Assembly: GCA_965112735.1 (NCBI GenBank)
Contig: OZ218961.1
Location: 1,550,001 to 1,614,000 of the forward strand
Source of the DNA: Phaeosaccion multiseriatum
Lineage: Eukaryota > Protista > Ochrophyta, other classes
Length of the DNA stretch: 64,000 nucleotides
Direction: 5' to 3'
A program made the position numbers and the translations under genes. Within the stretch, counting starts at the first letter, position 1. The number at the start of each line of letters is the position of its first letter. Shown piece after piece: positions 14,502-27,823 of the stretch. The notes under the pieces are model-generated. The model was not told the origin of the DNA, made no database searches, and worked only from the letters and a program-made list of their open reading frames with translations.

Positions 14502-16766
14502 CCTTTTAGAAGGAGGAGTGCTTTCAAACGTGCGTTTCGGAGTGCTTTCAAATGAGGGTTTAGTCTCAATGCTGGGGTTGAGCTCGCTGAGAAGAGTGAC
14601 ACATCCGGCCCCAACGTACTACGTGCCGGCCACTAGGGCTTTCAAATGGGAGTCTGTCGCCAAGAGGAAGTGACAGACCTCAACCCTGAGCACCGGTCTC
14701 GGCAGGCGCCCCCGGAGCAAGAGGAGATGGCTGACTGCTACAGTGCGAGGCAGAGCCAGGTGGGTGGCCTTCGCGGCTACTCTCGCGGGAATGTTTCCTT
14801 CATTCCCATCCAATGCGAGGACTACAGGAGAGAACAGGGACCTCATGGTGTTACACCTACTCTCGGCAGGTGGTAGACGGGGTGAAGCAAGGCGTTTGCT
14901 ATGAGAAGGGGGTGGAGTTTTGGACAGAAATGCAGAGAAGAGCTGAATCCAAGTAGCGCAAGGGTGGCAGGTGGTGCAGGTGATTGAGCACACTAGCTGC
15001 AACGCCAAGAGGGTTCTCTACTCACTCGACTCTGGTGAGGCGCGGGTTGACAGACTTCGAAGAATTGGGAGTCACTTCCTCCGGATCGGTGGTCCGACGT
15101 CGTTGGCAACAGAGGGTACGTGCTTGGCAGGTCTGGGGGAGATGGACTTCGACTTTGCTTTCAAGTAAGGATTGTCCACCATCACATCAGGAGGAACTGG
15201 GCTGAGCTTAGCTTGTGCCGTCATGAGGATCTCTGGATAGGTGGGCGTGAAGCAGAAAATGGGGCTGGGATGCCCTAACCCTCGCTTGCCTCCATCCAGA
15301 GCCCGTGCATTGGAGATGGGACCTTCAGGACACATGCTCAATGAACAAGGGTGCCCCTCATGTGGGCAAAATTCACCAGTTGGTGAGTGATTCGTCACAA
15401 TTTCCGTTCTCACGTTTGCGCGCTCTCGCCCCCCCCCGCCACGCTTTTCGATCGTCGGGGTTTCGGGGTGTCTTGTTTTCCCTTACCGCTTCGCCTTCTC
15501 CCTTCTCCCCTCGGCCCAGGTTGGTGGGGGTGTTTGTGGGCGTGGTCGCAGTGACTGCAGCAGTGAGGGTGGCCGAGAGCACAGGGGGTAGCAGCAGCAA
15601 CAGGCACTGCGGCAGCCAGGACGGAGACGCAGCGAGCAGCAGCAGTGAGTAGGTAGCACAAGGAGCACATTTCGGGACGGCACATGGTGAAGGGGTGAGG
15701 CTGTTGTGCTGAGAGGCATCGCGGACGTCTGCGGACGTCTGCTGAGCAAGCAAAACGGAGACAGAGCGATGCCACTGTTTGTGTTGGCGTACGTGTGGGA
15801 TGGCCGGCGGGGCGCGTAACTGGCGGGACGTACGCGAGCGGCAAACACTGCTGCGCAATGTGGACTCTGGAAGGGTGGGGGTGAAGCTGGAGGAGGCAGG
15901 TAGAGCTTGCTCATCCCCTCCATCACCGCTACACCCAAGGAGCTGAGAAGAGACATCCTGAAGTGTGCCGCCACGTACTGCAGTGAAGGAGGCGCTTATT
16001 CTACAGCGGAGCCACAGAGTTTCTCTTCGCGCGGACGAGCGGAGTCGAAGGAGAAACAAGGGGGGGGAAGCGTGAGCGCGTGTGTGGACCCCGAGGGAGG
16101 GGGGTTGTAGAAGAGGAGGAGCTCCTGGTATGCGACCCATCTTATCGCGCCGTTGAAGGAGATTAAGAGCAGGTACGGCGATGAGCACGAGCAGGGAAGG
16201 GGAGTAGATACTGGCGTTGTAGGAGAGCGAGGATTGAAGTTGATGGGCCTGACTGCCTTACCTTGTGAGGGCGAGGATGTTCTGTGCCGACTTGTGTTTC
16301 GCTTGCGGTGGGCTGGCACTTCGCACGAGCGTCTAGTAGGAGTCTGAGAACCTTGGCACGCGGTTTTTGTACCGGCACACTTGCTAGCACCTGACTCGCA
16401 TGCACTCGTGCTCCTACTGTCAGGAATCCGGCTGTTTTTGTTTCACCAACAGTTATGGCGGGGCACACTCCTGCTAGCAAGGAGAGTGGGCGCACGGCTG
16501 GGCTGTGTCGAAACTCCCGACAGCTAGACTAGGAGCCAAGCTGAAGCCAAGCAGAAAGCAGAAGCTAAGCAGAAGCTGAGCAGAAGCTAAAGCAAGCACC
16601 CGGAAGCCAGCCCACACGCAGGCTGCGCCTTCTTTTTTATTACTGATTTACCGTCTCGTTGGCCCGTTTTCCGGCCGTTACACTACTGATTGGGTCCCAA
16701 AGGGACCCCAACTAGGCCACTTCTAACATCCCCCTCACTACACCCCCGCCTCTTCAGCCAGCTCCC

Positions 16767-19446
16767 TCAGAAGCCGAGATGCGAGCGATAGAACTGCGTC
16801 TCGTGCGCCAGCCCGCTGCCCCACTTCTCATGTTGCCGCAGGCGGATCGTGCTTTCCCGTTTAGACCTATGCCCTCTTTTGACATTCACTCCTGGATCAA
16901 GGGCAGTGTGCGGAAGAGCGTTCTCAAACGTCTCTATGGCCTTGGCGTGTCCCCGCTCCAGCAACCACTCCGCCCATTCCCAGGTCTGGAAAGTGCCTCC
17001 GTCCGCCACCGCACACCGCACGTTATACTCTCGCCGCAGTGGCAGCCCCGTGGCTTTGCGCCAGCGGAATTTCACAATCCTCGCCAGCGTGGGCACTTTC
17101 TCTTCACTCACCTCGTCCAGCTCTAAGCTACGCTGCTCCTGCATTGCGCTGGTAGCCCACTGAGGAGAGCACCAACGGATATGATATCTGGCGAACCCTT
17201 CCGGGAGGCCAGAAGGCCGCTCGCTCACCCCATCGATGAACGGCTTCGTCAAGTCTCTGTGGTACGCCCGTTGCAGCTGCTCCACACCATTGCCGCGCAC
17301 CCGTTTCATAGACAGATACACTGCGCTGCGCTGCATGACCTGATAGTGCTCTTCACTCACCCGCCCATGCTGAGCACAGTAGGCCCCAGTGATGGCCAAG
17401 GCAAGACTGTATAAGGACCATCCCACGAATGCTGCAGAGCCTTGAGTTGCGCTGACGGGGGCCCTTCGAGTTCTTCCCCTTCTTGCTGGGCGGCGGCACC
17501 AGGACGATACAACATCACCTTGGTTCCGGGTCGCAGGGGCGTCGGCCAACGGCGTGAGGCGTTCTTCAGCTGCAATCTCCCGTGGTAGTCCCAGCGCCTC
17601 CCATTGACCACCGCCGCAGCCGCAGCCAGACGTGCCCGCAGCTCGTGGACCCATGCCGAGGCAGACGAAAACGACCCGTCCTCCACTAGCGCCGGCAGCA
17701 TCGCCTGTAGAGGCACCGGGGGGTGCCGACCGAACAAGGCGTAGAATGGCGCCATCCCCGTGCTCTCCTGCGAGCGGCAGTTGTACGCATAGGTGAGCCG
17801 GCGACGTAATCTGGCCACTGCTGCATCTGTGACTCCACGGTCGTCGCCAACATGTCCTTGATCGTGGCCATGAAGCGCTCCACCTGCCCATTGGCCTGTT
17901 GGTGCATCGGCGTCGTGAACACTTGCGACGCCGATAGAACCCGCATCACATCGCCCATGAGCGCACTGGTGAACTGCGAGCCTTGATCACTCACCAGCAC
18001 TCGGGGCACACCCAGGGTGGTGACGACATGCCGCACGAAGGCCCGAGCAATACCTTCCGCCGTATAGTCCTGTGCCCTCAAAGGCACCACCACTGTCCAC
18101 TTCGTGAACCAATCCTGAAACACCAAGAGGTACTCCTCACCGCCCATGCCCATAGGAAAGGGGCCAGCCACATCAGCGCCCATGACCGCCCAAGGTCCAT
18201 CCACCTTGGAAATGGACGACAGCGGCACAGGCTTTGGCTGCCGGCGAGGAGTCTTGCGTGTCTGGCACGCCAGACAGGAGCGGGCCCAATACAGCGCATG
18301 TGCATTCATCTTCTCCCACCATACGCGCTCTTGCAGCGCGTCTAGCATACGTCCCGGGCCTTGGTGCCCACCTGCGATGGCATCGGTGTGGGCGGCATGC
18401 AGCAAGGCTGGCCGCATCTCCTTGGGCACACATACTTGTAGCCGAGTGTGCCGCACCCGCCACCGAAAGCCCCCAGGAGCCCACTTACGCATCAAGAGCC
18501 CGTCCTCATCCACAAAGAACTCACCCCCACCTGCATCCACCACGCCGCCGGTGGGCCCAACCTGAACACGGCGACGGAGTGCTTCCAGCTCCGCATCAGC
18601 CCGCTGCGCACGCACCCACCACGCGGCCTCGACATGCAGACTGCCACCCAAAGCTCCAGCCGCTCGTCTGTGCGCCGCGGCAGCAGGCACCGTGCCTGGT
18701 AGAGACCACCCAAACTGTCGCTCTGCCTCTCGTCGATGCCCATCAAGCTCGCGCTGCAAGGTGGACTCCTGCTCCACCGGCTCCTTGGAAACTGAATCCA
18801 CTGCATCCTCAGCTTCATTATCCACTGCATCCGCAGCTTCATTACCTGCATCCCCCGCTTCTTCCGGGACCAGTAGATCTGCCGTACCAGGCTCCGACGG
18901 CGACTCCGCAGCAGGCGGCTCCCCAGGGGGGGTGATGCGGCCCTCCTTCGTAACAAGCTCCTCACCCTCGGTGGCACCAGCAACGGCAGCTGGACACACC
19001 TCCGAGGGCAGACGAGACGCATCCTCCTCAAGCTCGGCCTCCCATGCAGCCCACGCATGAGCGGCCGCGGCACCCGTTTGCTGAGCCTCCGCTGGTGTGC
19101 ACATCGAGAAGTAGGCACGCGACACCTGACGGACTTGCTTCCATGGCAATTCGATCATGGTATCTAGGTGACTGGCCAACGCGCCCACCACCTTCCGCTG
19201 GCGCTTATATGTCCGCGTGAACCGCTCCACCATCTGCATCATTGTCTCCCACGAGCACTGCCGTTTGAATTGCAGTTTGGCCAGGTCGAATACCTCCAAC
19301 GTCTTGGAGTGGACACCAAAGATGTAGAGCGGTGACACGTGGTCGCGATCGCCCCAATAACCAACCGCGGCCTGCATGAACCTGCCGACTTGCATCTCCT
19401 CCTGCTCCGCAGGGGTGTGAGCAGGGCTCACCGCGCTAAGCTCCAC
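16767..19446 (-). pseudogene. Element A integrase (HHCC, DDE core, GPY motif, divergent chromodomain), frameshifted
   Basis: HAAH..GGHQG..CLAC; GADVAGP, VSDQGSQFTS, QQANGQVER; SWDGPY; ARIVKFRW..REYNVR..QTWEWAEWL, spread over three frames. Confidence 0.9.
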
Positions 19447-22400
19447 CCCCGTGGCCTCGCATGGCGGAGTGTGTGCCGTTCGTCCATGGTGGCCCGCTCC
19501 TCCTTGCTAAGGTGTTGCTCCAAAAACATGCTGACAAGGTCCTGGAGTCCGATGAACTGAGTATGTTCGGGGCACACGCGCTTAAAGAGGTCACTGGTGT
19601 CCACCAAGTTGACGATGTGCTGGACATGCTCCGCGAGCTCCGGCCATCGACCCAGGGCACGTTGGTCGTGACTCCAGTGGTGAGCCAGCTTCACAATCGA
19701 GGGTTCGGCCCACAGGTCCCGCAACACTTGCGCCAGTACCATCATACCCCCCGCCTTCTGAAGCGCGTCTAGATCAATCAAGAGCCCATAGTCACGCGCC
19801 ACATCCGGCAGCGGCCCAACCTGCACGGCCAATTGCAGCAGCGACGCGCGCCGTCGGTGACGCGCCCACTCCGAATCCATAGCGACCACTTTAGCTGTGC
19901 GCAACTGAGTCGATAGAGCCTGCACGTGCCTCGGCGTAGACACGTACGTGCACCTCGCTGCGGAAATGTGGCTCACAAATGGCGGCATCTGACCCGGCTG
20001 CCAGGCCTCTATCACAGCCTTCTTCACACCCAGCTGAGGTGCTCGCGTAGGCTGCCATCCACATTGCTGGAGACGCTGTGTCCAAGCACGCCGAGCAGTA
20101 CCCCTGCGTGACTGCGTCGCCGCCAAGTCCACCTCTGCAGTCTGCCAGGCTTGTAGGGCCTCCGCTCCGCTCTGCTGCTGGTGGTGGCACCGTTGCTGCT
20201 GTTGCTGGGCCGTCACGGCAGGCACAGGAATAGGAAGGCGTGTGTCGGCTTCGCCCTGCAGCTGTTGCGCCACTGCGAGAAAGCGAAGCAGTGCGCCCTC
20301 CGTGGGCTCCTCCCAATGAAGGCTGCACTCGTCCCCTACCATCTCCACCAGGTTCAACTGCACCCCCATCGAAGCACACCAGGTGTGCAAGGGCGACGGC
20401 CACTCGCACGCAACCATGGCCAAGTCTACCCCCGCATGCGTCTCCCAGTCCTGCACCGGAAGCGCGTTGCGAGAGAGGCAGTCAGGCACCACCATTTGCT
20501 TCCCGGGACGATGCACAAACTGCAAGTGGTGCGTAGAGAGCCGCTCGTACCATCTGAACAGCTTGGAATTGGTATCCTTGTGCCCAGCCAACCACAACAA
20601 GGGCTGATGGTCCGTCACCACTGTGGTGGGGTAGTGGCAGATGTACATGGCCAGTTTACGCACACACCACACCACTGCCAGCAGCTCCAGCTCCGTGCTG
20701 CTCAGTCGCGCCTCCGTCTCCGTGGTAGCCCGACTAATGAACGTCACCACACGCTCCTCCCCGGTCGCATCTTTCTGAGAGAGCACTCCTGCTAACCCTT
20801 CCGTCGAGGCATCGGTGCTCAGGGTGAAAGTCGTCGCTGGCCCGTACTCCGGAAAAGCCAGTGCAGGGGAAGACAACAAGTCGGCAACGAGTCCATCCCA
20901 AGCTGCATCGTGCGAGGCATTCCAGGCGGTGCTCACGTCGACGCCCTTACGCAGCAGCCCATTGAGAGGCCGCACTTTGCGCGCAAACTCCGGAATGAAA
21001 CGGCGAAAGTAGCTGAGCATGCCAATGAAACGCCGCACCTGCTTAACTCGATTGACGCCGCCATCCTTCGCAAGCAACCTCAACGGCTTGACCAGCTCTT
21101 GCACCGCCGCATGCTTGGCCGGGTCTGTGCGCACCCCATTCTGATCCAGCAAATGCCCGCAGAACCGCACCTCCGGTGCACCCAATACAGCCTTACTCGG
21201 CTCCAACTTGAGCTTGTGCTCCACCAACCGCGCAAGCACAGCATCCAAATGCTCCAGATGCTGCTCAACCGTAGCCGAAAACACAGCAATATCGTCCACA
21301 AAGCATGCCACATGCTCCTGAAGCCCCTTGAGCACCTTATTCATAAGCCGCACAAAGACTGCAGGCGCATTCTTCGCGCCCTGCGGCATCACTCGCCAAG
21401 CGTAAGTACCACTGTGGCACACAAAGGTGGATATGTCCTCTTCCGCTGCTGATGCCATCGGCACATTGAAGTAGCCCGACATGATGTCCATCACCGAGAA
21501 CACCTTGGAGCCATGCATCTCTGCCAGCAGATCATCAATCACCGGCATCGCAGGGGCCTCCGTGCGACACGCATCATTCAGCTGAGACAAGTCACACGTC
21601 ATACGTACCACAGGCGTCCCATCCTCATGACACTTGGTTTTGCCAGCTGCGTCCCTCTTCAAGACCGCCATCAGCGGAGTGGCCCAGCTGGAAGTGCTGG
21701 GGCGAATGATGGCAGCCGCGAGAAGCTTGTCAATCTCAATTTCAATCCCCCGCCGCAAATGGGGAGGATACCGTCGAGCGGAGCTCCGAATGGGCTGCTG
21801 ATTCGCATCCTTCAGGCCCCACTCAAAGAAGAGAGTATCCGTCCGACCGTAGTCACCAGGCCTCTGACAGAATGCTTGCGACCGAGCGCGAAGGATCGCC
21901 ACCAGTCCCCAGCGTTGCACCTCCGTCCAGGCACCGTCGCCAATCGTGATAGCGTGCAGGGGCGACGGTAGCTCCCTGAGCCAGAACTGAGCCCGCTCCG
22001 TAGTGAGCTTGGCACGGCGCCGCTGCTCCACCACAAGCTCTCCTGCATCCCACGACTCCACTCCACCACCAAGACAGCGACTCTCCTGCAGCACCGTTCG
22101 CAATTGGATAAGGAGCAGCAGCGCATTGGTCATATCCTGCTCCACCTTCTCCTGCTGCTGTAATGGGCGACTAGACCACAACGACAAGAGCTGTTGGGCC
22201 CATGCGGCCACAGCAACGTCCCCAACGCCGCTCAGACCCGTGCCAGCGGCTTGGTGTACATGGGGGCGCAGGAGCAGTAGCGCGGTCACAGCCCCTTCCT
22301 CTGCCGCAACCAAGCACTCGCGCAGACGTCCATACACTCGCTCTGACAGGTGAGGATACCACTCCTTGATCAACTGCACTCCTGCCATCAGAGTCCCACC

Positions 22401-25400
22401 GGACGTGTCACTCTGGCTACCGAGTCGCAAGGCACCATCCGCATCCAGTACCCACCCATCACCGCGTAGGTCAGTCAATGATGTGCCCACCGCCGCCGAC
22501 GATGAACCTGCCTCGGACCGTAGTGGCGGTTCCTCCGACGCCACTGACGATGCCGCCCCTGGCGCAGGCCTGCTGGTGGAATCATCAGCCACCGCCACGT
22601 GGTGGACCTGCAGCTGGCCTGTACGAGGCGGTCGGAGCTCCTGCAACTGTGTCTGACGGCGTCGCGCTACCGCCGCCGGAGCCACCTGCTGCTGTACCGC
22701 ATTGGACCGCTGAACCTGCTGAGCTGCCGACGAATCCGCTCGCTTAAAGAGCTCTTCCCGCTGGGCCTTGTGCCGTCGCTGCAATGCCCACTGGCGTTGC
22801 TGCCGTGCCTGCTGCTGTGCCGCTTGTAACCGCTTGGCCTGCTGCGTTGCCAACCATGCTGCTGTCTCCTCCTTCGAGTCCACTCGTGGTGTGTCAGCTC
22901 GTCTGGCCGGCACTCGCACTGTCCCCCCCCAGGAGGACGCCAAGGGCACTCGACGCTCCCGCGGCACCGGTCGTTGCCCCAAGTCGCTCCCCCAAGCGAG
23001 ACGAAGCCCTCGGTGATGCCAGGCGCAGGAGCCGTCAGCGCACAGCTCCCGTCGCAGCGGCAAAACTTGTCGTCGCACTTGCTCATGGCGCTCCAACACT
23101 GCTTGCCGATGAACCTGGTCCCACAGCACAGGAGACTCCACAAGCATTGATGCCACTCGCCGACGTTGCCGCTGCAACCGCCCAGCACCCACTCGACTCT
23201 GACGACACTGACTCCCCTTCTTGCCGCTGCGCTGCAAATGCTGAAACCGGGCCTTCACTGCCGGCTGAGGCACCAGAGTCGATGGCACCCCCACCTCAGT
23301 CCGTGGGTTCGTCAGGGCCTGCACCTGCACAGCTTGCAGCGGAAGCGCCGTAGCCCCCAGCTCAGCCTCCTCTGGTACCACCGAGCAGCGAACTACAGGC
23401 CCCTGCGGTGGGTACCAGACCGGCTCAGCTCCTGCTTCAGATTCAGCCGGCTGCGGCGACGCCTCCTCCTCCACCACAGACTCAACCGCCTCCCGCGCCT
23501 TGGACCATGGCAACCTGCGCTTCACCACACGCCTCACCATCCCGCCAAGAGCACCAAGCCAGGAGGAGGGGGCCGCTGCAGTCTCCGGCACGGTAGCTGA
23601 AGAAGCCGGCTCAGCGAGCATGAGCGCGGCCACCTCAGCGCTCGCCTCCGAGTCGAGCAAGCAAGAAGCCGTGCCGATGACCTGCCCAGGAACGACCACG
23701 ATGACCTGATTGTGGTGATTCTGCACTGTGATTCGGTAACTCTGCCCCCCAGCATACACACCATCTTTGTGCGCCACTAGAACCTGCTCGTGCTCCAGCC
23801 ACCAAAGAACGTCCGCCTCTGCCGCCAAGTGTCCGTGAGCGCCCAGCTCCACCACCGCCTGGACACCCTCAGCGATACCCGTAAGCTCGAGGAGAAGGGA
23901 CCCCGTCTGTCCAGGTCCCAAGCTCAAAGCCTCCACAGCACGTACCCCCCCAACAGCAGCGTTGCCGTCCACCACTGCCAGCACTTGCACAGCCAAGGCA
24001 TCGGACGGACGAGCATCCGACGTGGCCTCCTCCGAAGGAGTCGGAAGTACGTAGAGCTGCTTCGCACGATGATCGACGACTGCCCCTACTTGGGTGAAGA
24101 AATCCTGCCCCAAGAAGATGGGCCGCGCCAAGTGGTCCACCACATGAAAGGGTAGCACCGGCTGGCACGTCGGCGTGAGTCCCACCTGAAGCCAAACAAG
24201 CCCTCTGGACATAGTCTTGGCACGATTGTCAGCGTAAGACACCTGCACCCCCTTCTGCGTGGCGAGCTCTGACCGCTCCACCGTACCATCCGCCACCAGT
24301 TGATTGAAGCAGGCTGTCGAGATGCAGCCCGCTCCTGTGCACCCACTGTCCATCAAGGCTGTAAAGGCGCTCTTCTCCACGGCGTCGGCGGCACTGGCAT
24401 CCCGTGGAGCGGTAGCGGCCAAGCAATGCCGAGCGTCACTGACCTTCACTGGCGAGCGCACCGTAACCTCGATCGTGTGACCCCGCCCTGCTGGGACTGC
24501 CGTACGACCCGTGGCAGCCACCGCTTCGGCAATCTCAGCTCTCCGCACTGCTGTCTGCAAGGCGGCCACCCCCCCCCGGAGCGTCCTCCATCCGCACACG
24601 GTAGAGAGCCAAGGCAGCGCGTTGCACACACCCCTCGCACATATCACGCTCACTGTCAACAGCCGACGCACAGGCACAAGCTCCCGGACTGGGGGGGCTC
24701 CTTGAGCAGAGCGACTCCCGCGCCAGGCTCCAAAGCTACTGCATGACAAGCACGCACAAACGGATCAAGGGCAAGCGTGTGCAGCCCCGCCTCCTCCGTC
24801 AACACAGCCGTGAAAGCAGCCTCCTGCTGATGCTGCTGTGCTGCTGCTGTCGCACGAGCACGCTGCCTCCGCTGCTTCCTCCGTACCCGCCGTCGAAGAG
24901 CCACTGCGCGCCTCGCTGCATCCTGCTGCTCCTGTGCCGCCTGCTCGTCACCCTTGCGCAGCGCTGCCTTCGCCTGCTGGGCACGCCGTCTCAACCACTT
25001 TGCTGCCACCCTCTGCTCAGTCCTGCTCCGCCCCTCCGCCGGAGGCACCGCTGGAGACGTCAGCGGCAGGGTCCGAAGGCTCTGCTCCTGCTGCTGAAGC
25101 TGAACTTCCTCCTGCTGCTGAAGCTGAACCTGCCACGCCCACTGTTCATGTTCCCCCGTGGGAGTGAATGGCGGAAGAGATGCTGCCCCGAGCGGCAAGG
25201 CCCGCACGAGGCCCATGGCCTTGGCCTGTCGAGGCGTCACCAGGGAGCACAGCTGCTGAGGCTGAAGCTCATCGCTTGACGGTGGGCTGGCTTTTGCAAC
25301 CTGGACGGCAGCCTCGACAGCATGACCCTGCTGCTGCTCCAATTGCTCCTGCTGCCCCCCCGCCACATGCGGCTGCTGCTCGGCAACCTGGACGACTGCC

Positions 25401-26144
25401 TCGACAGCAGGACCCTGCTGCTGCTCCAGTTGCACCTGCGGTCCCGCCGGCTGCTGCTGCAGCAGCTGCTGCTGCTGGCCCAGCCGCTGTTGCCGCTCCT
25501 TCGCCGCACGCAGTGCGCGCTGTTCTGGGAAGGCACACGCACGCACCCGCTCCAAACCCCTTGCATCCATCCAGACAGACTCGTGTTGCGCAACGGTTGC
25601 CGCCTCGCACTCAACCGCCCCAACTGCCAACGGTGGCGCCTGCTGCTCCGGACACTCCCCCGCAACGACTGCATCCGCCTGGCGCAGAGGCAGCGGCAGC
25701 GCGACGTCAGGTCCGCTCGACGGCTCGACGGCAGAGCCGGGCTGCGGTGCTTCGACTAAGCACACGGAGCGTACCACTGGACACGGCTGCTGCTGCTGCT
25801 GCTGCTGCTGCTCCGGCGGCGGCAGCTGCTCGACTGCGGAAGCCGCTGGCGCAGCCTCCTGGTGCGCGCCCTCCACGACTACCTCTACTGCACGCTGCGC
25901 CTGCTGCTGTACCGCCGTCATCGCCGTGTGCTCACCAGCAACGACTGCATCCGGGCCGTCAGTGCCCCTCGACTGCTCGACCACAGAGCGTACCACAGGA
26001 CCCGGCTGCTGCGCTAGCTGCCGCTCCGGCTGCTGGCGCTGCGGCTGCTGCAGCTGCCGCTCCGACGCTGGCAGCTGCTCGACCGCGGACGGCGCAGGCA
26101 CAGCCTCTCTGTGCGCACCCTCCACGACTGCCTCTACGACACGG

Positions 26145-26198
<54 letters not shown>

Positions 26199-26398
26199 TG
26201 TTGCCGTCGTAGCCGAGCACGTTTGAGTCTGTCGCCACACCACATGTCACTCCGATAAACTCTGATGGCAGGTGACTCCTGCTCTACACGACTAGCCTGA
26301 CCGCTCCTACGCTGAGCGTCGGCATGGGGCAAAGGTGGGTCTGACAAACAAGATAGGTGCGAAGTACATTCATTATCTTCTACACTGCTCTTGCCCGC
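19428..26398 (-). pseudogene. Element A pol: Q-rich spacer, aspartic protease, RT, RNase H and DEDDy 3'-5' exonuclease; one frameshift near 24.7 kb
   Basis: ALMDSG (PR); FSVMDIMSGY, MPQGAKNAP, CFVDDIAVFS (RT); STDAS, ELELLAVVW, TDHQPL (RH); VVAMDSEW...LLQLAV...KLAHHWSHDQRAL...LVDT (exonuclease). Confidence 0.9.
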
Positions 26399-26402
26399 CC
26401 TC

Positions 26403-27775
26403 TGTTGCCCCTACAGCCTCATATTCATTGCCTTAGTACGTGTAACTGTCACCATGCCCATATGACATCTTACGTGGCACAATGAGGTGGCACACAGCCC
26501 ACCGGGAGTAGTAGTCTGTGGCGCTCCCTCACTCTTAGCTTATCCACCCTAAAGCTAAAGGAGACTCGGTTCTTTACTAGAGCTGAGGCAAGGCCTCCAA
26601 ACTTTACAACCTTGCACCCATCTCTTCAAATATTGGCTCACTTTCCGACTTGCTAGCGATAGCGGGATTGGCTACAATAAAGCTTTATTTGAGAATTGCC
26701 AAAACTCAGGAAACTCTCAGCTCTCGGTCTCTGCATTCGGGAGACCTCTCAGCCTCAGCATTTCTGATCTAGAGTCGAACAGCTCGACAGCCGGACCACC
26801 TCTGATCCTCAGCTTTGCGGAATTCAGCATCAGCATGGCGAACAACAAGAACAAGGGGAAGGGCAAGGCTAAGGAGGCTGAGGCGGTGCAGGACGTGGCT
26901 GACTCAGATGATGTCGCGGGGGCAGCAGATGCAGCATCCGAGGCGAACGACGAGGCAGCAGCTTCCGGTACCGACGAGGAGAATGGCAGCAGCAGTAGCA
27001 GCAGTGGCTCGGACAGCGAGGAGGAGTCTCAGCGTATGCCCGCGACAGCCAGCTCAGTGGCCATCTTCTCTCTTACTGCTCCCAACTTTCCATCTGGGAA
27101 GGTTACGGAGAAGGCTCTTATTGCTTTCTTCAAGCAGTATGAGACTTACCTTCGGCGCTACAACGCGATTGTAGGTTCAAAGCCTGACCTTACGACTCTT
27201 GAGGTGCTCTTGCCTACGCACTACCTTACGTCACTTGGCGCTCAGCTCGGTAAAGCTACCTCAGCTATTACTCACGAGTTTCTTTACAAGCACCTTCAGC
27301 AGCTGGTAGAGCCTGAGGCCGGCTCCTGTTCGGACCATGGCAATGCCCTACTGAAGGACCTCAAGAGCAAGCTCTATCTGCCACCGGATACTCAGAATCC
27401 CGTGGGCTCTCTCAATCAGCAGATGCACGGTCTCTTGGAGAAGCATGGCCAGACTCGAGTCTTCTTCAAGGAGGACAACACTCAGGTCAGCACGGAGTCT
27501 TGCCAAGTTCTGTGCAATGCTCTGCTTCAAGCGTGCAATCGCCCTCAGGGGCTGAAGGGGTACCTCACTAGGTACTTCACTCTTCACAAGAATCTTCTGA
27601 AGACCTACGTGCCCTTTCTCCAGCAACTGACCCTCATGGTGGATCAGTACTTGCCCATCTACCGGTGCATCCAGCAAGACACTTCTAATGGGGCTGTCGC
27701 TCTGCCCTCTCTTGAGGAGATACAGCGATTGGTCATCACTGGTGGGGGCAAGAAGCCAGCTGGCGGCGGTAGGCG

Positions 27776-27823
<48 letters not shown>

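Noticed and set aside
14502-16505. ORFs of 60-270 aa between the exonuclease gene and element A
   Set aside because: No recognisable domain or consistent splice pattern; possibly decayed repeat, left unannotated.
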